In this document: positions 49,850 to 57,768 of the stretch, one piece after another
Numbering within the stretch: the first letter of the stretch is position 1
Layout of the letters: the number at the start of each line of letters is the position of its first letter
Virus record (IMG/VR): IMGVR_UViG_3300042882_000899
Span: 1-64,000 of that record
DNA length: 64,000 nt
Direction: 5' to 3' (one strand)
Source: a virus
Position numbers and translations under genes: made by a program
Notes under the pieces: model-generated
Seen by the model: only the letters and a program-made list of their open reading frames with translations
Told to the model about the DNA's origin: nothing
The model's database searches: none

Positions 49850-52547
49850 TAGTTGTTCTCCAATTCTTTTACACAATCGCATTGTTCGCAATCATAGTCA
49901 TTATCATTACCAAAAAAGATTACTCCGTATCCGTGGCAATCTATACAATCTATTCTTATTAGTGAGTTTATCATTTAGTTTTCCTTTCGTTTTGTTATTG
50001 CTTATTATAGCCTAAGCCACTGACATTTATTCGGCTTCGGGGGTGGTGAATAAGGCTCCCTCGTTGAGTAGCCCTACCTCAATGTTAAACAGTTCATCAG
50101 GGGTGGCTTCGGATAAATCTACCCAGCCCGCACCATTTTGATCAATTCTAAAAATCTCAATGTATCCCATTAGTGTTGTTCCTCGCAATCTTTGTCATAG
50201 TCAAATCCGCAAAAGTAGCAACCCATAAACTCTAGGTGCTCTATACAGTAATACTTAAATTGACTTTCATCACAGCAAAAATGTTGCTCGTCTGCGATTT
50301 CATAGAAATCGGTTTTGTCGATTATGTTTAGCATTAGTTTTCCTTTCGTTTGCTTATTTAGTTATTGTACCGCAAGGGTCTGACAAATTAGTCAGACACC
50401 TTGACGGCTAAATAGCGGTATGTATCTTTTAGATTTAGCGGGGCTGAATAATGAGGTCGAACCTGAACCTTGTATGTATCACAATTCGCATACCATACAT
50501 CATCATTTTTTTCCGCTGAGATAATTTCACCCTTTAGAGTTTTTGAGTGATAAGTTTTTCCTACAAGTAGGCTTTCGATAGAATAGACATTTGCTGACAT
50601 TTGAGTCCGCCTTTCGTTTGTTGATAGTAGCAATTATAGCCTATCCCACTGACATTTTCTAATTACTAGCGAGTAATTCCAAATAATGAGACGCTCAAGT
50701 CATGTGATAAAAATCACAAAATCTCGGGCGTGTCGCAAATTCCAGGGGTTGTGGATAACTCCCGTAACCCTGTGGATAACCCCGCTCTTTTGCGGGCGCA
50801 TCAACTTTTGTCAAGTCGACACGCCGTTACTTATTTAAAATCTTTAAAAATTTCCTCAAGCTTTAAGATTTGCTCATCTGTTAAATGATCAATTTCAATT
50901 GCTTTTTCAAATCCAAAAAAATCTGTCATTCGCTCATCAACCTTTCTAAATCGTCTGCGTTATCTTTCATGTAATTATCTTGAAAATCTAGTAACGCCTC
51001 ATTGTAAGCAATTGGGTCACAATCTTTTAAGATTTGGGAGGGATAGAAAACAGCGTTACCCATTTCATAGACGGGATAACAATCATCAAGCATTTCATCA
51101 AATAATTGTTTAATCGCAAAAGTAATTTCGAAATCTAGCATTAGTTAGTTTCCTTATCTTTTAGAATGTTAAGAATAATTTGTAATTGTTCAACAGAAAG
51201 AAGTGCTTGAGCACAACCCCATGTAAATGCTAAATCCATTTCTTGATAATGTTTTTTAGCAAGTGTATTTATTTCTTGCGTTAATTCGAAATTAGTTTTC
51301 ATTTAGATACATACCAATCTGTCCACATAGGAAGTTGCTCAGGGTCACTATCATAGTAGTAACGCTCAATGTTTTGTTCACAATCCATACAGAAAGTGTA
51401 TTGCTCATCTCCGATTTCTGAGATAGCGGATTTCATAGGGTTATGTTCTTTACATAGCGTGTTTAGTGTAGTCATTTGAGACCACCTTTCTTTTTGTTTG
51501 TATGTCGCTATTGTAGCAGGGGGGTCTGACATTTTGACCTGTTTCTCGGGCGTGTCGCAAAACTATTTTTGTGATAAAAATCACATAAATCCTGGGGTTT
51601 TCCACAGATGCCCGTAAGCCTGTGGATAACTCCCGCAAGTACTTGCGGGCCAGCTTGATAATGTCAAGCCGACACGCCGTTAGGCTAGTGTGACTCTTGC
51701 CACAATTCACGCATCTCTGCCATGAAGTCATGGTAGGCGATCCTCGCCATGTATAGGGCGGGAATAGCAATGGCTAATTGTACTAGTGTAGTAAGTAGTC
51801 TATTCATAGTGTAGCAACCGCCTTTATGTCCATTACATTAGCAGTAAACTTTTTACTCTTTCCTAATTCGCTCTCATTAAGAGCATTGATTAGATTATCA
51901 ATAGCCTTTACATCATGAGCAACATTATCGATTGAGATTAGTTTAGAGCCTTGCCAAATTGAGTAAGTGATAGTCATTATTAGTTCTCCCATGTTAGTGC
52001 GTATAGTTTTGCTAGTGCTTCATCATCTTCATCATCAAAGTCATCAAAGTCAAGCGCTGGCGCTTCATCTAGTTCATCATCAAGGTGACGATAGGCGTCT
52101 GATACATCTGATTGGATAGTGTCCCACTTAGAGACGGAATTATTTTCGTATGAGTATGCGTATGACATTATTTATTCATCTCCTTAGCGATAGCCTCTGA
52201 CTTAGTTAGTGCCTCTAGGGCGATTGCTAGGGAGGCAAGGCGTTGCGCCTCTACCATTTGCTTGTATTCATCTAGGTTCATTTATGACCTTCTTTCGTTG
52301 TTGTTATTCTGTAATTGTAGCGTATGGGTCTGACAAATTGGGGAGGTTGGCTAGTGTGTCGGTGTGATACTAGTCACACTCTCCACATGGGCATTGAGGA
52401 AACTCTCGCTCTTGCTTTATGCGGTTAGCGAGTCGCTCTACCTTTAGGTATGTATCAGCGGAGGCACCTCGGAAAGATACTACCTTTCCTTCAGCGATAA
52501 GGTGAGCAGCCTTAGCAATCTTTTGCTCTAGTGTTAGTGAAGTCATT
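49849..52547 (-). other. about a dozen further 35-75 aa early ORFs
   Basis: e.g. 50388-50600, 50926-51141, 51299-51475, 51804-51977, 51980-52168; coupled TAATG junctions and SDs. Confidence 0.65.
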
Positions 52548-52805
52548 ATTTAACTTCCTTTCTTTTTGTTATACCTTAAGCATAGCATGGGGGACTGACA
52601 AATTGACGCAAATCTCGGGCGTGTCGCAAAAAAACCTTTGTGATTAGCATCACACTCACGCTCAAGGCTCAAATAATTATGGGCGCACTATCCAAAATGT
52701 CCGTTTTGTCTAGGATGTGTATCATACATGTAAAAAATATATTAACATTTTTAGAAATCCTAAAAAGCAGTCGACTGGAATATAATGCGGTGGTACAATA
52801 GAAAC

Positions 52806-53546
52806 ATGGAAGATAAAACCTACAAAGAAGCTAACGATATATTCGGAGACAATCAAATATTGTTTATGAATCACGGGTTTTGTCCAGTATCAGAAGATAT
52901 ACAGGATCTTGAATTTAAACATCAGGTAGAGTTATATAATCAAGCTATTAAAGAAATAGATTTAGATGACAAAGTAGTTTTAGAAATTGGTTGCGGAAGA
53001 GGCGGGGGATCAAAATGGATTTCAAGCAAACACAATGTGCCTACATATCATGCTTGCGATATATCTGAAGAAAATATAAACTTTTGTAATAAAACAAATA
53101 CTAATAATAATATAATATACTCAATTATGGATTCTCAAAATTTACAATATCCAGATGATTTCTTTGATCTTGTAATATGCGTAGAGTCTTCTCACAATTA
53201 TAAAAACATGGAACTATTTTTTGAGAACGTAAGACGTGTGTTGAAAAAAACTGGTCAACTGGTTTTATTAGATAACTATGTTCTTGGAGAGGAAGCAATC
53301 CAAAATAAGCTGATGTCTATAGATAGCGTAAAAGGGTCGGCAGTAGGATTTAATGTTTTAGAATATGTCGACATTACTGAAAATGTAAAAGCATCCTGTA
53401 AAGAAGATATCGAATTAATAGACAATTGGGTTTCTGACATAAACGCAGCGGAAAAATTAAAGTCTATATCTTCTGGTTCATACAAAAGATATGAAAATAA
53501 CCGCTGGGCCTATTTTAAATTTAAATTTGGTATGATAGATCTATGA
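52806..53546 (+). CDS. class I SAM-dependent methyltransferase
   Basis: FMNHG, VLEIGCGRGGG, FDLVICVESSH; leaderless start after TACAAT. Confidence 0.85.
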   Translation: MEDKTYKEANDIFGDNQILFMNHGFCPVSEDIQDLEFKHQVELYNQAIKEIDLDDKVVLEIGCGRGGGSKWISSKHNVPTYHACDISEENINFCNKTNTNNNIIYSIMDSQNLQYPDDFFDLVICVESSHNYKNMELFFENVRRVLKKTGQLVLLDNYVLGEEAIQNKLMSIDSVKGSAVGFNVLEYVDITENVKASCKEDIELIDNWVSDINAAEKLKSISSGSYKRYENNRWAYFKFKFGMIDL

Positions 53547-53864
53547 CATGTTCATTTTGCGATAAATACGCATATACAAGTATAATAGATAACCGCGGGG
53601 TTAAATATCGACTTTGCGAAGTACATGTCAAAAAAATTAGCACAACTTCTTGACTTCGATAAAAGTTAAATGCTACACTTAGTTTGCTTTGTGGGGGGCT
53701 TACCCTGAAACTCAATATGTACCAGATAGTATCTGAGAATATATGTTCCAGGAATTGCTTTCTCTATCTTTCCAAAAAGAAAAAATTTGGGGGGTAGGGG
53801 GGCTTTCCTAAAATCTAATATCCCCAGATAAATCTATAAATACAAACAGAAAAGAAGGTGTATA

Positions 53865-54548
53865 GTGGATAATGGAATAGTCGACAAAGACAAAAACGTA
53901 TACTTTTTGCATATTGCTGGTAATGGTGGAAGAGCTTTAAAAGAATATGTTTTAAATCCATTGTTTGGTAAGCAATCTGATATAGTAGGAAAACATAACG
54001 GGTGGTCAGATTTTATTAATGATCAAACATATGTTATTTGCATATTAAGAGATCCTGTAAAGCATGCTTGCGGATTTTATCTTCACTTTGTATATAAAGA
54101 AAAAGAAGGAACTGATGTAAAGTCCCGATTCCTTGATTACTATAGAAATACAAAGCAGCTTCACAATTTTCAATCTCAAAATATACTTGTTTCAGGACAA
54201 CATTTTAATTATGGGAATGGAAAACACTTTAATGAAGATCTAGCTGATACAGACTTAGATCTACTTAACAGTAGAATTAAAAGAATAGATCTGCTTATAA
54301 GCCAAGATATGCTCCTTAATGACATTCAGCATGTCTCTAATGTTTTGGCTGAAAATTTAGATCTACCAACAATCAAAATTAAAGAAGTTGACAAAACAAA
54401 ATATTCAAATTATATGTCACGCAACTTGTATAAATCTCTTACAGAAGAAGAAAAACAGGAAATTCAAAATTTAAATAGTATTGATTATAAAATTTATAGT
54501 CAACTAAGATTAGAAGAAATAAAAAAACGGGGAGAGTACAAAAATTAA
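53865..54548 (+). CDS. sulfotransferase-like protein
   Basis: YFLHIAGNGG, LRDP, N.IDYKIY. Confidence 0.65.
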   Translation: MDNGIVDKDKNVYFLHIAGNGGRALKEYVLNPLFGKQSDIVGKHNGWSDFINDQTYVICILRDPVKHACGFYLHFVYKEKEGTDVKSRFLDYYRNTKQLHNFQSQNILVSGQHFNYGNGKHFNEDLADTDLDLLNSRIKRIDLLISQDMLLNDIQHVSNVLAENLDLPTIKIKEVDKTKYSNYMSRNLYKSLTEEEKQEIQNLNSIDYKIYSQLRLEEIKKRGEYKN

Positions 54549-54626
54549 GACTCTATATGCCATTATCATAGTCACAGTAATGACTACTATCCTTGGCATA
54601 CTATATCAGATATGGCTCTAATATTA

Positions 54627-54701
54627 GGGCCTATAGCTTAATCTGGTTAAAGCACTTGTCTTATATACAAGCGACTTTGGGTTCAAATCCCAATGGGCCT
54701 A
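54627..54701 (+). tRNA. tRNA-Ile(TAT)
   Basis: CTTGT-CTTATAT-ACAAG arm, GGTTCAAATCC. Confidence 0.8.
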
Positions 54702-54867
54702 CTTGGTTTAAATAGGGAGTATAATACTTATATGTTAGCTTATGATGTTCCTCTTTCCGCCCTCCTTTTTATTCTATGGGCAGGTGTACCTGTTGAGGAA
54801 TACATAAAAGGTCCGTCTCAGGAAGAAACTCTAGCTTATATTGAGATGTTGAAGAGGATACAGGAGA

Positions 54868-55131
54868 ATGAAAATGAGTAAATACAGTATACTTACTGGT
54901 TTAAACAAAGAGCCTGGAAAATGCGAATATTGTGATGAAGATGCCTATGTTAAGTTAACCATAAAATTAGAAAGTGCTAAAGACCTAAATGATCCTCATA
55001 AATGCGAATCTAGATTCTGCTCTATAAGAGGTGGAGTACAATTAGAAAGCATTAAGTGGTTATGTGCTGAATGTCTAAATGAAAAGCTTCCGCACGATTT
55101 TACGCACATGGGTAAATATGTCAATCTTTAA
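54868..55131 (+). CDS. Cys-rich hypothetical protein
   Basis: CxxC pairs. Confidence 0.55.
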   Translation: MKMSKYSILTGLNKEPGKCEYCDEDAYVKLTIKLESAKDLNDPHKCESRFCSIRGGVQLESIKWLCAECLNEKLPHDFTHMGKYVNL

Positions 55132-55187
55132 TATTGAGGTCTCTATTTTTCGGCTCACTTTTCGACGCACTTTAGGACTAATCTAAT

Positions 55188-55970
55188 ATGATAAATATTG
55201 ATCAAGATATACTTTACTTAAACAATAAACTTCTTTCTAATGATAGATTTGAAAAAATTCACGATGAAATATACATATGCAAAAAATTTTTATCTGAAGA
55301 AGAGTGCTATATTCTAGTTGAGGATGCAAAAAAAGATATTGGTGCTCAAGGTAAACAATATACAAGCAACCTTTTGATTAATTATAAGGACAGGCTTTTG
55401 AGCTTGATTGATTTTGAGAGTCAAGGCAATATAAAAGAGAGCAATATAAACGGTGGCTGGGATAAGCTTGTCTTACGATCAGATGGTGATTCCGATAAAT
55501 TCCACATAGACATATATAATTATTTAAACAAGTATATGGAATCATCACAGATACAGTTTGATGAAAGACTTGAAAAAATTAATACTTCATTCATGTCATT
55601 TGTGATTTACTTTTCAGAAGACTTTGATGGTGGAAGTATATCTTACCCAGAATACAACTTTAAGTACAAGCCATCTATTGGAGATATGATATTGCATAAT
55701 GTTCAAATTGTTCACGGTGTTGAGCCAGTTACAAGCGGCGAGAGATGGTCGTATCAAGGATCTATAGATATGGTTAAATATATTGAAAAAGATTTATTTA
55801 CTAAGTTTATCGTTGACAATGAATATTTTCAAAATAGACATGACGCTTTAAAGATGCCTAAAGAGCCAGACCATAAGATGAAGGACGATATGTTTTTTTA
55901 TAGAGAAGATCAGTCCCCTCTTTTAAACAAAAGATTACTTAAGTATGTTACTCAGGAGCCATATCTTTAA
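55188..55970 (+). CDS. 2OG-Fe(II) oxygenase
   Basis: HID, YFSEDFDGG, HGV.PV.SGER. Confidence 0.82.
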   Translation: MINIDQDILYLNNKLLSNDRFEKIHDEIYICKKFLSEEECYILVEDAKKDIGAQGKQYTSNLLINYKDRLLSLIDFESQGNIKESNINGGWDKLVLRSDGDSDKFHIDIYNYLNKYMESSQIQFDERLEKINTSFMSFVIYFSEDFDGGSISYPEYNFKYKPSIGDMILHNVQIVHGVEPVTSGERWSYQGSIDMVKYIEKDLFTKFIVDNEYFQNRHDALKMPKEPDHKMKDDMFFYREDQSPLLNKRLLKYVTQEPYL

Positions 55971-56784
55971 AGAATTCAGCTGCAAGTTCTTTGCCTTTTA
56001 GTCCAGATTCTTGCATAGCTTTAATTTTTTCTTTAGTAAACTGAGGATTTTGTATTAAAGGCTTCATCCATTCAAGTTCATATCTTTCTGATTTGTCTCC
56101 GATTTGATTGTAGTACTCATCAGTTTTGTAATTATAAAATGTTCCTGGATTATCTTCTGCTCTTAAAACAAAGTTTGAGTATGCGTATCTTGTTCCTGAT
56201 GTAACTTCTCTAACACCGTGTGCATAATCAGCAAAAGCTCCATGTATTACAACATCTCCTTCTTCTGGCTGATATTCTAGGCATGGTCCGTCAAAATTAG
56301 TTGTTTTCTTTGTGCCATCTGGATTAAAGTTTGGATAAAATACAGCACCGCCTTCAAATTTTCCAAAATACCCAACTAGGCCATAATCAATTATGCAGCA
56401 TGTTTGAAAAACATCTGGCTGCGATAGAAGGTGGCATGAGTGCTTTCCTGGAGAATCTGAGTGGATAAACATTCCTCCATCGCCAGGCTTAACTTTTAAA
56501 AAGTTTCTAGATGGATGGATTACGTATTCTGGATATATAAGTTCTGATATATACTCCCAGATATCTATAATTCCACCGATAGGATTAGTAGTTTTTTCAG
56601 CATACCAATCAATTAATGTTTCTTCGTATTGAGTTGTCATCTGAGATTCTTTTTCCAGCTGTTCTCTAACTGACTCTAATATACTTTCTGGTATTATTTT
56701 TTTAAAAACAAAAACTCCTGTTTTTGTACCATATTCATCGATTGTTGAAACAATAGTTTCACACTCTGGTTTATCGTAAAACAT
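55948..56784 (-). CDS. 2OG-Fe(II) oxygenase
   Basis: HSD, FEGG, HGVREVTSGTRY. Confidence 0.85.
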   Translation of the reverse strand: MFYDKPECETIVSTIDEYGTKTGVFVFKKIIPESILESVREQLEKESQMTTQYEETLIDWYAEKTTNPIGGIIDIWEYISELIYPEYVIHPSRNFLKVKPGDGGMFIHSDSPGKHSCHLLSQPDVFQTCCIIDYGLVGYFGKFEGGAVFYPNFNPDGTKKTTNFDGPCLEYQPEEGDVVIHGAFADYAHGVREVTSGTRYAYSNFVLRAEDNPGTFYNYKTDEYYNQIGDKSERYELEWMKPLIQNPQFTKEKIKAMQESGLKGKELAAEFFKDMAPE

Positions 56785-56970
56785 TACTTCCCCCTAAAAA
56801 ATTTATCCATAAGTTTTTCAATTTTGCATAACCAGGATTTACATTTATGATCTTTGTAGTTATTGAAATTAGCAAAGTACGGCCTTGTAGCAACTTGCTT
56901 AAAGTGATCTCTTGCCATTTCTTAATTATACCACCAATAATAAAAAAACCCCATTTCTGGGGTTTTCTTA

Positions 56971-57756
56971 TTACTTCAATAAATTATTAGCTAGCAACTC
57001 ATCATACACTTCTGAAAGAAGGTATTCCATTGCCACTAGGCCTTCAGAAATCTTTGCTTCAACTTCCTCTTCTGGCATTCCAGAACCTTTGCCTAGGTAT
57101 CTATTTCCTTCGAGAAACTTTTCAAGCATTAACTTTATTACAGACTCTTTATCCATTTTCTTCCCTTAAGTTGTTGTAAGCTGGACTGGGACCAAGGAGG
57201 AACCCATCTTTATGATATCCTATCATTTTTTCTATTTTTTGTAAATCTTCATCTGATTTAGCAAGCATATTAGCAATTAGGACCATAATGTCATATATTC
57301 TGTGAGACATTATATAATTTACAAGTGGTAAATTGTCTTCTAGAGCATCACTTTTTTCTGGACCCGCCTCATTCAACATCTTTAGTCTTAATTCCGTCTA
57401 TTGCTTCTTGAAGAGTGCTGCCACTTTCAAGGTGGTGATTTAAATATTTAATAAATACAGAAATGGCATTGGCAGCCAAAAAATCAGTATTCATATGTAT
57501 GCATGGGATATTTCTAGAAACAGCCCTAACTAAATCTTGGTCTAGATCAATTTTTTTCATTAATTTCTTTTTCCATTCTGCTGTAAAGTGCTAGTCCTAT
57601 TTGTTTTTTATAATTGCAAGCTAAACAGTATAAGAATATTTCATCTTCTGTGTTAGCATTGGCAAAAAGAAAGCCTTGGCATAATGGGCAATCCATAGAT
57701 GCAACAAGGCCTTCTCTTGCAAGAGTTAAATATGTAGATACTAGCTGTATCTTAAT
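56971..57756 (-). other. four small ORFs: 56971-57156, 57149-57379, 57369-57560, 57547-57756
   Basis: Coupled ORFs; the last has CxxC pairs and a probable ATT start. Confidence 0.6.
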
Positions 57757-57768
57757 ATTAACCCCTTT

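Larger units (their letters stand above)
47363..51629. promoter_or_regulatory. DnaA boxes (TTATCCACA) in four pairs
   Basis: Perfect at 47386, 49289, 49310, 50750, 50771, 51621; one mismatch at 47363, 51598. Confidence 0.75.
40809..51650. repeat. dispersed ~65-bp intergenic scaffold repeat, 9 copies
   Basis: AATTCCAGGG..CGTAA..CCC-hairpin near 40811, 40953, 41709, 44206, 46052, 47353, 49276, 50738, 51588. Confidence 0.85.
41434..52600 (-). promoter_or_regulatory. 15 TGTCAG-N10-TANNNT promoters (PafBC/RecA-NDp type)
   Basis: 22-bp sites starting 41434, 42750, 44071, 45840, 46020, 47276, 48226, 48487, 49201, 50004, 50364, 50633, 51510, 52314, 52579. Confidence 0.85.
47336..52654. promoter_or_regulatory. 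seven perfect CRP boxes TGTGA-N6-TCACA
   Basis: 47336, 48547, 49260, 50703, 51570, 52363, 52639; one-mismatch copies at 44101, 46069, 51689. Confidence 0.8.

Noticed and set aside
40809-51650. Scaffold repeat as a CRISPR array or integron attC cassettes
   Set aside because: Copies are degenerate and up to ~2.5 kb apart with genes between; no GTTRRRY cores or integrase seen
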